Source of the DNA: Squalus acanthias | Lineage: Eukaryota | Reading direction: 5' to 3' | DNA: 64,000 nucleotides | NCBI GenBank assembly: GCA_030390025.1 | Contig: CM059438.1 | Coordinates: forward strand, 59,708,001-59,772,000 | Part shown: piece by piece, positions 12,001-27,700 of the stretch | How the letters are laid out: each line of letters begins with the position of its first letter | Position numbering within the stretch: position 1 is the first letter of the stretch | Notes under the pieces: generated by a model | Databases searched by the model: none | What the model saw: the letters and a program-made list of their open reading frames with translations, nothing else | What the model was told of the DNA's origin: nothing | Translations under genes and position numbers: made by a program

Positions 12001-15000
12001 AGATACTGACTGGGGAATACACACAGATACTGACTGGGGAATACACACAGATACTGACTGGGGAATACACACAGATACTGACTGGGGAATACACACAGAT
12101 ACTGACTGGGGAATACACACAGATACTGACTGGGGAATACACACAGATACTGACTGGGGAATACACACAGATACTGACTGGGGAATACACACAGATACTG
12201 ACTGGGGAATACACACAGATACTGACTGGGGAATACACACAGATACTGACTGGGGAATACACACAGATACTGACTGGGGAATACACACAGATACTGACTG
12301 GGGAATACACACAGATACTGACTGGGGAATACACACAGATACTGACTGGGGAATACACACAGATACTGACTGGGGAATACACACAGATACTGACTGGGGA
12401 ATACACACAGATACTGACTGGGGAATACACACAGATACTGACTGGGGAATACACACAGATACTGACTGGGGAATACACACAGATACTGACTGGGGAATAC
12501 ACACAGATACTGACTGGGGAATACACACAGATACTGACTGGGGAATACACACAGATACTGACTGGGGAATACACACAGATACTGACTGGGGAATACACAC
12601 AGATACTGACTGGGGAATACACACAGATACTGACTGGGGAATACACACAGATACTGACTGGGGAATACACACAGATACTGACTGGGGAATACACACAGAT
12701 ACTGACTGGGGAATACACACAGATACTGACTGGGGAATACACACAGATACTGACTGGGGAATACACACAGATACTGACTGGGGAATACACACAGATACTG
12801 ACTGGGGAATACACACAGATACTGACTGGGGAATACACACAGATACTGACTGGGGAATACACACAGATACTGACTGGGGAATACACACAGATACTGACTG
12901 GGGAATACACACAGATACTGACTGGGGAATACACACAGATACTGACTGGGGAATACACACAGATACTGACTGGGGAATACACACAGATACTGACTGGGGA
13001 ATACACACAGATACTGACTGGGGAATACACACAGATACTGACTGGGGAATACACACAGATACTGACTGGGGAATACACACAGATACTGACTGGGGAATAC
13101 ACACAGATACTGACTGGGGAATACACACAGATACTGACTGGGGAATACACACAGATACTGACTGGGGAATACACACAGATACTGACTGGGGAATACACAC
13201 AGATACTGACTGGGGAATACACACAGATACTGACTGGGGAATACACACAGATACTGACTGGGGAATACACACAGATACTGACTGGGGAATACACACAGAT
13301 ACTGACTGGGGAATACACACAGATACTGACTGGGGAATACACACAGATACTGACTGGGGAATACACACAGATACTGACTGGGGAATACACACAGATACTG
13401 ACTGGGGAATACACACAGATACTGACTGGGGAATACACACAGATACTGACTGGGGAATACACACAGATACTGACTGGGAATACACACAGATACTGACTGG
13501 GGAATACACACAGATACTGACTGGGGAATACACACAGATACTGACTGGGGAATACACACAGATACTGACTGGGGAATACACACAGATACTGACTGGGGAA
13601 TACACACAGATACTGACTGGGGAATACACACAGATACTGACTGGGGAATACACACAGATACTGACTGGGGAATACACACAGATACTGACTGGGGAATACA
13701 CACAGATACTGACTGGGGAATACACACAGATACTGACTGGGGAATACACACAGATACTGACTGGGGAATACACACAGATACTGACTGGGGAATACACACA
13801 GATACTGACTGGGGAATACACACAGATACTGACTGGGGAATACACACAGATACTGACTGGGGAATACACACAGATACTGACTGGGGAATACACACAGATA
13901 CTGACTGGGGAATACACACAGATACTGACTGGGGAATACACACAGATACTGACTGGGGAATACACACAGATACTGACTGGGGAATACACACAGATACTGA
14001 CTGGGGAATACACACAGATACTGACTGGGGAATACACACAGATACTGACTGGGGAATACACACAGATACTGACTGGGGAATACACACAGATACTGACTGG
14101 GGAATACACACAGATACTGACTGGGGAATACACACAGATACTGACTGGGGAATACACACAGATACTGACTGGGGAATACACACAGATACTGACTGGGGAA
14201 TACACACAGATACTGACTGGGGAATACACACAGATACTGACTGGGGAATACACACAGATACTGACTGGGGAATACACACAGATACTGACTGGGGAATACA
14301 CACAGATACTGACTGGGGAATACACACAGATACTGACTGGGGAATACACACAGATACTGACTGGGGAATACACACAGATACTGACTGGGGAATACACACA
14401 GATACTGACTGGGGAATACACACAGATACTGACTGGGGAATACACACAGATACTGACTGGGGAATACACACAGATACTGACTGGGGAATACACACAGATA
14501 CTGACTGGGGAATACACACAGATACTGACTGGGGAATACACACAGATACTGACTGGGGAATACACACAGATACTGACTGGGGAATACACACAGATACTGA
14601 CTGGGGAATACACACAGATACTGACTGGGGAATACACACAGATACTGACTGGGGAATACACACAGATACTGACTGGGGAATACACACAGATACTGACTGG
14701 GGAATACACACAGATACTGACTGGGGAATACACACAGATACTGACTGGGGAATACACACAGATACTGACTGGGGAATACACACAGATACTGACTGGGGAA
14801 TACACACAGATACTGACTGGGGAATACACACAGATACTGACTGGGGAATACACACAGATACTGACTGGGGAATACACACAGATACTGACTGGGGAATACA
14901 CACAGATACTGACTGGGGAATACACACAGATACTGACTGGGGAATACACACAGATACTGACTGGGGAATACACACAGATACTGACTGGGGAATACACACA

Positions 15001-18000
15001 GATACTGACTGGGGAATACACACAGATACTGACTGGGGAATACACACAGATACTGACTGGGGAATACACACAGATACTGACTGGGGAATACACACAGATA
15101 CTGACTGGGGAATACACACAGATACTGACTGGGGAATACACACAGATACTGACTGGGGAATACACACAGATACTGACTGGGGAATACACACAGATACTGA
15201 CTGGGGAATACACACAGATACTGACTGGGGAATACACACAGATACTGACTGGGGAATACACACAGATACTGACTGGGGAATACACACAGATACTGACTGG
15301 GGAATACACACAGATACTGACTGGGGAATACACACAGATACTGACTGGGGAATACACACAGATACTGACTGGGGAATACACACAGATACTGACTGGGGAA
15401 TACACACAGATACTGACTGGGGAATACACACAGATACTGACTGGGGAATACACACAGATACTGACTGGGGAATACACACAGATACTGACTGGGGAATACA
15501 CACAGATACTGACTGGGGAATACACACAGATACTGACTGGGGAATACACACAGATACTGACTGGGGAATACACACAGATACTGACTGGGGAATACACACA
15601 GATACTGACTGGGGAATACACACAGATACTGACTGGGGAATACACACAGATACTGACTGGGGAATACACACAGATACTGACTGGGGAATACACACAGATA
15701 CTGACTGGGGAATACACACAGATACTGACTGGGGAATACACACAGATACTGACTGGGGAATACACACAGATACTGACTGGGGAATACACACAGATACTGA
15801 CTGGGGAATACACACAGATACTGACTGGGGAATACACACAGATACTGACTGGGGAATACACACAGATACTGACTGGGGAATACACACAGATACTGACTGG
15901 GGAATACACACAGATACTGACTGGGGAATACACACAGATACTGACTGGGGAATACACACAGATACTGACTGGGGAATACACACAGATACTGACTGGGGAA
16001 TACACACAGATACTGACTGGGGAATACACACAGATACTGACTGGGGAATACACACAGATACTGACTGGGGAATACACACAGATACTGACTGGGGAATACA
16101 CACAGATACTGACTGGGGAATACACACAGATACTGACTGGGGAATACACACAGATACTGACTGGGGAATACACACAGATACTGACTGGGGAATACACACA
16201 GATACTGACTGGGGAATACACACAGATACTGACTGGGGAATACACACAGATACTGACTGGGGAATACACACAGATACTGACTGGGGAATACACACAGATA
16301 CTGACTGGGGAATACACACAGATACTGACTGGGGAATACACACAGATACTGACTGGGGAATACACACAGATACTGACTGGGGAATACACACAGATACTGA
16401 CTGGGGAATACACACAGATACTGACTGGGGAATACACACAGATACTGACTGGGGAATACACACAGATACTGACTGGGGAATACACACAGATACTGACTGG
16501 GGAATACACACAGATACTGACTGGGGAATACACACAGATACTGACTGGGGAATACACACAGATACTGACTGGGGAATACACACAGATACTGACTGGGGAA
16601 TACACACAGATACTGACTGGGGAATACACACAGATACTGACTGGGGAATACACACAGATACTGACTGGGGAATACACACAGATACTGACTGGGGAATACA
16701 CACAGATACTGACTGGGGAATACACACAGATACTGACTGGGGAATACACACAGATACTGACTGGGGAATACACACAGATACTGACTGGGGAATACACACA
16801 GATACTGACTGGGGAATACACACAGATACTGACTGGGGAATACACACAGATACTGACTGGGGAATACACACAGATACTGACTGGGGAATACACACAGATA
16901 CTGACTGGGGAATACACACAGATACTGACTGGGGAATACACACAGATACTGACTGGGGAATACACACAGATACTGACTGGGGAATACACACAGATACTGA
17001 CTGGGGAATACACACAGATACTGACTGGGGAATACACACAGATACTGACTGGGGAATACACACAGATACTGACTGGGGAATACACACAGATACTGACTGG
17101 GGAATACACACAGATACTGACTGGGGAATACACACAGATACTGACTGGGGAATACACACAGATACTGACTGGGGAATACACACAGATACTGACTGGGGAA
17201 TACACACAGATACTGACTGGGGAATACACACAGATACTGACTGGGGAATACACACAGATACTGACTGGGGAATACACACAGATACTGACTGGGGAATACA
17301 CACAGATACTGACTGGGGAATACACACAGATACTGACTGGGGAATACACACAGATACTGACTGGGGAATACACACAGATACTGACTGGGGAATACACACA
17401 GATACTGACTGGGGAATACACACAGATACTGACTGGGGAATACACACAGATACTGACTGGGGAATACACACAGATACTGACTGGGGAATACACACAGATA
17501 CTGACTGGGGAATACACACAGATACTGACTGGGGAATACACACAGATACTGACTGGGGAATACACACAGATACTGACTGGGGAATACACACAGATACTGA
17601 CTGGGGAATACACACAGATACTGACTGGGGAATACACACAGATACTGACTGGGGAATACACACAGATACTGACTGGGGAATACACACAGATACTGACTGG
17701 GGAATACACACAGATACTGACTGGGAATACACACAGATACTGACTGGGGAATACACACAGATACTGACTGGGGAATACACACAGATACTGACTGGGGAAT
17801 ACACACAGATACTGACTGGGGAATACACACAGATACTGACTGGGGAATACACACAGATACTGACTGGGGAATACACACAGATACTGACTGGGGAATACAC
17901 ACAGATACTGACTGGGGAATACACACAGATACTGACTGGGGAATACACACAGATACTGACTGGGGAATACACACAGATACTGACTGGGGAATACACACAG

Positions 18001-20239
18001 ATACTGACTGGGGAATACACACAGATACTGACTGGGGAATACACACAGATACTGACTGGGGAATACACACAGATACTGACTGGGGAATACACACAGATAC
18101 TGACTGGGGAATACACACAGATACTGACTGGGGAATACACACAGATACTGACTGGGGAATACACACAGATACTGACTGGGGAATACACACAGATACTGAC
18201 TGGGGAATACACACAGATACTGACTGGGGAATACACACAGATACTGACTGGGGAATACACACAGATACTGACTGGGGAATACACACAGATACTGACTGGG
18301 GAATACACACAGATACTGACTGGGGAATACACACAGATACTGACTGGGGAATACACACAGATACTGACTGGGGAATACACACAGATACTGACTGGGGAAT
18401 ACACACAGATACTGACTGGGGAATACACACAGATACTGACTGGGGAATACACACAGATACTGACTGGGGAATACACACAGATACTGACTGGGGAATACAC
18501 ACAGATACTGACTGGGGAATACACACAGATACTGACTGGGGAATACACACAGATACTGACTGGGGAATACACACAGATACTGACTGGGAATACACACAGA
18601 TACTGACTGGGGAATACACACAGATACTGACTGGGGAATACACACAGATACTGACTGGGGAATACACACAGATACTGACTGGGGAATACACACAGATACT
18701 GACTGGGGAATACACACAGATACTGACTGGGGAATACACACAGATACTGACTGGGGAATACAGACAGATACTGACTGGGGAATACACACAGATACTGACT
18801 GGGGAATACACACAGATACTGACTGGGGAATACACACAGATACTGACTGGGGAATACACACAGATACTGACTGGGGAATACACACAGATACTGACTGGGG
18901 AATACACACAGATACTGACTGGGGAATACACACAGATACTGACTGGGGAATACACACAGATACTGACTGGGGAATACACACAGATACTGACTGGGGAATA
19001 CACACAGATACTGACTGGGGAATACACACAGATACTGACTGGGGAATACACACAGATACTGACTGGGGAATACACACAGATACTGACTGGGGAATACACA
19101 CAGATACTGACTGGGGAATACACACAGATACTGACTGGGGAATACACACAGATACTGACTGGGGAATACACACAGATACTGACTGGGGAATACACACAGA
19201 TACTGACTGGGAATACACACAGATACTGACTGGGGAATACACACAGATACTGACTGGGGAATACACACAGATACTGACTGGGGAATACACACAGATACTG
19301 ACTGGGGAATACACACAGATACTGACTGGGGAATACACACAGATACTGACTGGGGAATACACACAGATACTGACTGGGGAATACACACAGATACTGACTG
19401 GGGAATACACACAGATACTGACTGGGGAATACACACAGATACTGACTGGGGAATACACACAGATACTGACTGGGGAATACACACAGATACTGACTGGGAA
19501 TACACACAGATACTGACTGGGGAATACACACAGATACTGACTGGGGAATACACACAGATACTGACTGGGGAATACACACAGATACTGACTGGGGAATACA
19601 CACAGATACTGACTGGGGAATACACACAGATACTGACTGGGGAATACACACAGATACTGACTGGGGAATACACACAGATACTGACTGGGGAATACACACA
19701 GATACTGACTGGGGAATACACACAGATACTGACTGGGGAATACACACAGATACTGACTGGGGAATACACACAGATACTGACTGGGGAATACACACAGATA
19801 CTGACTGGGGAATACACACAGATACTGACTGGGGAATACACACAGATACTGACTGGGGAATACACACAGATACTGACTGGGGAATACACACAGATACTGA
19901 CTGGGGAATACACACAGATACTGACTGGGGAATACACACAGATACTGACTGGGGAATACACACAGATACTGACTGGGGAATACACACAGATACTGACTGG
20001 GGAATACACACAGATACTGACTGGGGAATACACACAGATACTGACTGGGGAATACACACAGATACTGACTGGGGAATACACACAGATACTGACTGGGGAA
20101 TACACACAGATACTGACTGGGGAATACACACAGATACTGACTGGGGAATACACACAGATACTGACTGGGGAATACACACAGATACTGACTGGGGAATACA
20201 CACAGATACTGACTGGGGAATACACACAGATACTGACTG
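9008..20239 (+). repeat. 24-bp satellite, main array part 1 (~470 units)
   Basis: Near-perfect tandem GACTGGGGAATACACACAGATACT. Diverged units at 9008-9430; rare single-G deletions elsewhere. Confidence 0.99.
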
Positions 20240-20739
20240 NNNNNNNNNNNNNNNNNNNNNNNNNNNNNNNNNNNNNNNNNNNNNNNNNNNNNNNNNNNNN
20301 NNNNNNNNNNNNNNNNNNNNNNNNNNNNNNNNNNNNNNNNNNNNNNNNNNNNNNNNNNNNNNNNNNNNNNNNNNNNNNNNNNNNNNNNNNNNNNNNNNNN
20401 NNNNNNNNNNNNNNNNNNNNNNNNNNNNNNNNNNNNNNNNNNNNNNNNNNNNNNNNNNNNNNNNNNNNNNNNNNNNNNNNNNNNNNNNNNNNNNNNNNNN
20501 NNNNNNNNNNNNNNNNNNNNNNNNNNNNNNNNNNNNNNNNNNNNNNNNNNNNNNNNNNNNNNNNNNNNNNNNNNNNNNNNNNNNNNNNNNNNNNNNNNNN
20601 NNNNNNNNNNNNNNNNNNNNNNNNNNNNNNNNNNNNNNNNNNNNNNNNNNNNNNNNNNNNNNNNNNNNNNNNNNNNNNNNNNNNNNNNNNNNNNNNNNNN
20701 NNNNNNNNNNNNNNNNNNNNNNNNNNNNNNNNNNNNNNN
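20240..20739. other. Assembly gap (500 N)
   Basis: Run of 500 N, consistent with a fixed-size scaffolding spacer. Confidence 0.99.
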
Positions 20740-23700
20740 GTGTGTATTCCCCAGTCAGTATCTGTGTGTATTCCCCAGTCAGTATCTGTGTGTATTCCCC
20801 AGTCAGTATCTGTGTGTATTCCCCAGTCAGTATCTGTGTGTATTCCCCAGTCAGTATCTGTGTGTATTCCCCAGTCAGTATCAGTGTGTATTCCCCAGTC
20901 AGTATCTGTGTGTATTCCCCAGTCAGTATCTGTGTGTATTCCCCAGTCAGTATCTGTGTGTATTCCCCAGTCAGTATCTGTGTGTATTCCCCAGTCAGTA
21001 TCTGTGTGTATTCCCCAGTCAGTATCTGTGTGTATTCCCCAGTCAGTATCTGTGTGTATTCCCCAGTCAGTATCTGTGTGTATTCCCCAGTCAGTATCTG
21101 TGTGTATTCCCCAGTCAGTATCTGTGTGTATTCCCCAGTCAGTATCTGTGTGTATTCCCCAGTCAGTATCTGTGTGTATTCCCCAGTCAGTATCTGTGTG
21201 TATTCCCCAGTCAGTATCTGTGTGTATTCCCCAGTCAGTATCTGTGTGTATTCCCCAGTCAGTATCTGTGTGTATTCCCCAGTCAGTATCTGTGTGTATT
21301 CCCCAGTCAGTATCTGTGTGTATTCCCCAGTCAGTATCTGTGTGTATTCCCCAGTCAGTATCTGTGTGTATTCCCCAGTCAGTATCTGTGTGTATTCCCC
21401 AGTCAGTATCTGTGTGTATTCCCCAGTCAGTATCTGTGTGTATTCCCCAGTCAGTATCTGTGTGTATTCCCCAGTCAGTATCTGTGTGTATTCCCCAGTC
21501 AGTATCTGTGTGTATTCCCCAGTCAGTATCTGTGTGTATTCCCCAGTCAGTATCTGTGTGTATTCCCCAGTCAGTATCTGTGTGTATTCCCCAGTCAGTA
21601 TCTGTGTGTATTCCCCAGTCAGTATCTGTGTGTATTCCCCAGTCAGTATCTGTGTGTATTCCCAGTCAGTATCTGTGTGTATTCCCCAGTCAGTATCTGT
21701 GTGTATTCCCCAGTCAGTATCTGTGTGTATTCCCCAGTCAGTATCTGTGTGTATTCCCCAGTCAGTATCTGTGTGTATTCCCCAGTCAGTATCTGTGTGT
21801 ATTCCCCAGTCAGTATCTGTGTGTATTCCCCAGTCAGTATCTGTGTGTATTCCCCAGTCAGTATCTGTGTGTATTCCCCAGTCAGTATCTGTGTGTATTC
21901 CCCAGTCAGTATCTATCTGTATTCCCCAGTCAGTATCTGTGTGTATTCCCCAGTCAGTATCTGTGTGTATTCCCCAGTCAGTATCTGTGTGTATTCCCCA
22001 GTCAGTATCTGTGTGTATTCCCAGTCAGTATCTGTGTGTATTCCCCAGTCAGTATCTGTGTGTATTCCCCAGTCAGTATCTGTGTGTATTCCCCAGTCAG
22101 TATCTGTGTGTATTCCCCAGTCAGTATCTGTGTGTATTCCCCAGTCAGTATCAGTGTGTATTCCCCAGTCAGTATCTGTGTGTATTCCCCAGTCAGTATC
22201 TGTGTGTATTCCCCAGTCAGTATCTGCGTGTATTCCCCAGTCAGTATCTGTGTGTATTCCCCAGTCAGTATCTGTGTGTATTCCCCAGTCAGTATCTGCG
22301 TGTATTCCCCAGTCAGTATCTGCGTGTATTCCCCAGTCAGTATCTGTGTGTATTCCCCAGTCAGTATCTGTGTGTATTCCCCAGTCAGTATCTGTGTGTA
22401 TTCCCCAGTCAGTATCTGTGTGTATTCCCCAGTCAGTATCTGTGTGTATTCCCCAGTCAGTATCTGTGTGTATTCCCCAGTCAGTATCTGTCTGTATTCC
22501 CCAGTCAGTATCTGTGTGTATTCCCCAGTCAGTATCTGTGTGTATTCCCCAGTCAGTATCTCTCTGTATTCCCCAGTCAGTATCTGTGTGTATTCCCCAG
22601 TCAGTATCTGTGTGTATTCCCCAGTCAGTATCTGTGTGTATTCCCCAGTCAGTATCTGTGTGTATTCCCCAGTCAGTATCTGTGTGTATTCCCCAGTCAG
22701 TATCAGTGTGTATTCCCCAGTCAGTATCTGTGTGTATTCCCCAGTCAGTATCTGTGTGTATTCCCAGTCAGTATCTGTGTGTATTCCCCAGTCAGTATCT
22801 GTGTGTATTCCCCAGTCAGTATCTGTGTGTATTCCCCAGTCAGTATCTGTGTGTATTCCCAGTCAGTATCTGTGTGTATTCCCAGTCAGTATCTGTGTGT
22901 ATTCCCCAGTCAGTATCTGTGTGTATTCCCCAGTCAGTATCTGTGTGTATTCCCCAGTCAGTATCTGTGTGTATTACCCAGTCAGTATCTGTGTTTATTC
23001 CCCAGTCAGTATCTGCATTTATACCCAGTAAGTATCTGTGTGTATTACCGAGGCAGTATCTGCTTTTATTCTCCAGTCAGTATCTGTGTGTATTCCCCAG
23101 TCAGTATCTGTGTGTATTCCCCAGTCAGTATCTGTGTGTATTCCCCAGTCAGTATCTGTGTGTATTCCCCAGTCAGTATCTGTGTGTATTCCCCAGTCAG
23201 TATCTGTCTGTATTCCCAGTCAGTATCTGTGTGTATTCCCCAGTCAGTATCTGTGTGTATTCCCCAGTCAGTATCTGTGTGTATTCCCCAGTCAGTATCT
23301 GTGTGTATTCCCCAGTCAGTATCTGTGTGTATTCCCCAGTCAGTATCTGTGTGTATTCCCCAGTCAGTATCTGTGTGTATTCCCCAGTCAGTATCTGTGT
23401 GTATTCCCCAGTCAGTATCTATCTGTATTCCCAGTCAGTATCTGTGTGTATTCCCCAGTCAGTATCTGTGTGTATTCCCCAGTCAGTATCTGTGTGTATT
23501 CCCCAGTCAGTATCTATCTGTATTCCCCAGTCAGTATCTGTGTGTATTCCCCAGTCAGTATCTGTGTGTATTCCCCAGTCAGTATCTGTGTGTATTCCCC
23601 AGTCAGTATCTGTGTGTATTCCCCAGTCAGTATCTGTGTGTATTCCCCAGTCAGTATCTGTGTGTATTCCCCAGTCAGTATCTGTGTGTATTCCCCAGTC

Positions 23701-24215
23701 AGTATCTGTGTGTATTCCCCAGTCAGTATCTGTCTGTATTCCCCAGTCAGTATCTGTGTGTATTCCCCAGTCAGTATCTGTGTGTATTCCCCAGTCAGTA
23801 TCTGTGTGTATTCCCCAGTCAGTATCTGTGTGTATTCCCCAGTCAGTATCTGTGTGTATTCCCCAGTCAGTATCTGTGTGTATTCCCCAGTCAGTATCTG
23901 TGTGTATTCCCCAGTCAGTATCTGTGTGTATTCCCCAGTCAGTATCTGTGTGTATTCCCCAGTCAGTATCTGTGTGTATTCCCCAGTCAGTATCTGTGTG
24001 TATTCCCCAGTCAGTATCTGTGTGTATTCCCCAGTCAGTATCTGTGTGTATTCCCCAGTCAGTATCTGTGTGTATTCCCCAGTCAGTATCTGTGTGTATT
24101 CCCCAGTCAGTATCTGTGTGTATTCCCCAGTCAGTATCAGTGTGTATTCCCCAGTCAGTATCTGTGTGTATTCCCCAGTCAGTATCTGTGTGTATTCCCC
24201 AGTCAGTATCTGTCT
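20740..24215 (-). repeat. 24-bp satellite block in inverted orientation (~145 units)
   Basis: Reads AGTATCTGTGTGTATTCCCCAGTC, the reverse complement of the unit, and is bounded on both sides by N gaps. Confidence 0.98.
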
Positions 24216-24715
24216 NNNNNNNNNNNNNNNNNNNNNNNNNNNNNNNNNNNNNNNNNNNNNNNNNNNNNNNNNNNNNNNNNNNNNNNNNNNNNNNNNNNNN
24301 NNNNNNNNNNNNNNNNNNNNNNNNNNNNNNNNNNNNNNNNNNNNNNNNNNNNNNNNNNNNNNNNNNNNNNNNNNNNNNNNNNNNNNNNNNNNNNNNNNNN
24401 NNNNNNNNNNNNNNNNNNNNNNNNNNNNNNNNNNNNNNNNNNNNNNNNNNNNNNNNNNNNNNNNNNNNNNNNNNNNNNNNNNNNNNNNNNNNNNNNNNNN
24501 NNNNNNNNNNNNNNNNNNNNNNNNNNNNNNNNNNNNNNNNNNNNNNNNNNNNNNNNNNNNNNNNNNNNNNNNNNNNNNNNNNNNNNNNNNNNNNNNNNNN
24601 NNNNNNNNNNNNNNNNNNNNNNNNNNNNNNNNNNNNNNNNNNNNNNNNNNNNNNNNNNNNNNNNNNNNNNNNNNNNNNNNNNNNNNNNNNNNNNNNNNNN
24701 NNNNNNNNNNNNNNN
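24216..24715. other. Assembly gap (500 N)
   Basis: Run of 500 N. Confidence 0.99.
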
Positions 24716-27700
24716 GATACTGACTGGGGAATACACACAGATACTGACTGGGGAATACACACAGATACTGACTGGGGAATACACACAGATACTGACTGGG
24801 GAATACACACAGATACTGACTGGGGAATACACACAGATACTGACTGGGGAATACACACAGATACTGACTGGGGAATACACACAGATACTGACTGGGGAAT
24901 ACACAGCAGATACTGACTGGGAATACACACAGATACTGACTGGGGAATACACACAGATACTGACTGGGAATACACACAGATACTGACTGGGGAATACACA
25001 CAGATACTGACTGGTAATACACACTGATACTGACTGGGGAATACACACAGATACTGACTGGGGAATACACACAGATACTGACTGGGGAATACACACAGAT
25101 ACTGACTGGGGAATACACACAGATACTGACTGGGGAATACTCACAGATACTGACTGGGGAATACAGATACTGACTGGGGAATACACAAAGATACTGACTG
25201 GGGAATACACAGAGATACTGACTGGGGAATACACTAGATACTGACTGGGAATACACACAGATACTGACTGGGAATACACACAGATACTGACTGGGGATAC
25301 ACACAGATACTGACTGGGGAATACAGCAGATACTGACTGGGAATACACTCAGATACTGACTGGGAAATACACACAGATACTGACTGGGGAATAACACAGA
25401 TACGACTGGGGAATACACACAGATACTGACTGGGGAATACAGATAGATACTGACTGGGAATACACACAGATACTGAATGGGAATACACTAGATACTGACT
25501 GGGGAATACACACAGATACTGACATGGGGAATACAGATAGATACGACTGGGGAATACACCACTGATACTGACTGGGGAATACACACAGATACTGACTGGG
25601 GAATTCACAAGATACTGACTGGGGAATACACACAGATACTGACTGGGGAATACACACAGATACTGACTGGGGAGTACAGATAGAATAACTGACTGGGGAA
25701 TACACACAGATTACTGACTGGGGGATTACACTCAAGATACTGACTGGGGAATACACACTGATATTGACTGGGGATACACACAGATACTGACTGGGGAATA
25801 CACAAGATACTGACTGGGGAATACACACAGATACTGACTGGGGAATACAGATAGATACTGAATGGGAATACACACAGATACTGACTGGGGAATAACACAG
25901 ATACTGACTGTGGAATACACACTGATACTGACTGGGGAATACACACAGATACTGACTGGGAATACACACAGTACTGACTGGGGAATACACACTGATACTG
26001 ACTGGGGAATACACACAATACTGACTGGGGAATACAAGCAGATACTGACTGTGGAATACACACAGATACTGACTGGGGAATACACTGACTGGGGAATACA
26101 CACAGATACTGACTGGGGAATACAGATAGATACTGACTGGGAATACAACAGATACTGACTGAGGAATACGATAGATACTGACTGGGGAATACAGAAGATA
26201 CTGACTGGGGAATACAGAGCAGATACTGGACTGGGGAATACAGTAGATACTGACTGGGGAATACACACAGATACTGACTGGGAATACAGATAGATACTGA
26301 CTGCGGAATACACACAGATACTGACTGGGAATACAGATAGATACAGACTGGGGACACACAGTCTGACTGGGGAATACACACTGCTACTGACTGGGGAATA
26401 CTCACAGATACTGACTGGGTAAATACACAGAAGATACTGACTGGGATACAAACAGATACTGACTGGGGAATACAGATAGATACTGACTGGGGAATACACA
26501 CAGATACGACTGGGAATACACACTGATACTGACTGGGGAATACAGATAGATACTGACTGGGGAATACACACAGATACGGACTGGGGCATACACACTGATA
26601 CTGACTGAGGAATACACACAGATACTTACTGGTGAATACAGATAGATACTGACTGGGGAATACACACAGATACTGACTGGGGAATACAGATAGATACTGA
26701 CTGGGGAATACCACAGAATACTGTCTGGGGAAATACACTAGATACTGACTGGGAATAAACACAGATACTGACTGGGAATACAGACAGATACTGACTGGGG
26801 AATACACACAGATACTGACTGGGGAATACACACAGTACTGACTGGGGAATACACAAGTACTGACTGGGAATACACACAGATACTGACTGGGGAATACACA
26901 CAGATACTGACTGGGGAATACACACAGATACTGACTGGGGAATACACACAGATACTGACTGGGAATACACACAGATACTGACTGGGGAATACACACAGAT
27001 ACTGACTGGGGAATACACACAGATACTGACTGGGGAATACAATCAGATACTGACTGGGGAATACACACAGATACTGACTGGGGAATACACACAGATACTG
27101 ACTGGGGAATACACACAGATACGGACTGGGGAATACACACTGATACTGACTGGGGAATACACACAGATACTGACTGGGGAATACAGATAGATACTGACTG
27201 GGGAATACACACAGATACTGACTGGGAATACACACAGATACTGACTGGGGAATACCCACTGATACTGACTGGGGAATACACACAGATACTGACTGGGGAA
27301 TACACACAGATACTGACTGGAGAATAAAAACAGATACTGACTGGGTAATACACACAGATACTGACTGGGGATATACACAGATACTGACTGGGGAATACAC
27401 ACAGATACTGACTGGGGAATACACACAGATACTGACTGGGGAATACACACAGATACTGACTGGGGAATACACACAGATACTGACTGGGGAATACACACAG
27501 ATACTGACTGGGAATACACACAGATACTGACTGGGGAATACACACAGATACTGACTGGGGAATACACACAGATACTGACTGGGGAATACACACAGATACT
27601 GACTGGGGAATACACATAGATACTGACTGGGGAATACACACAGATACTGGACTGGGGAATACACACAGATACTGACTGGGGAATACACACAGATACTGAC

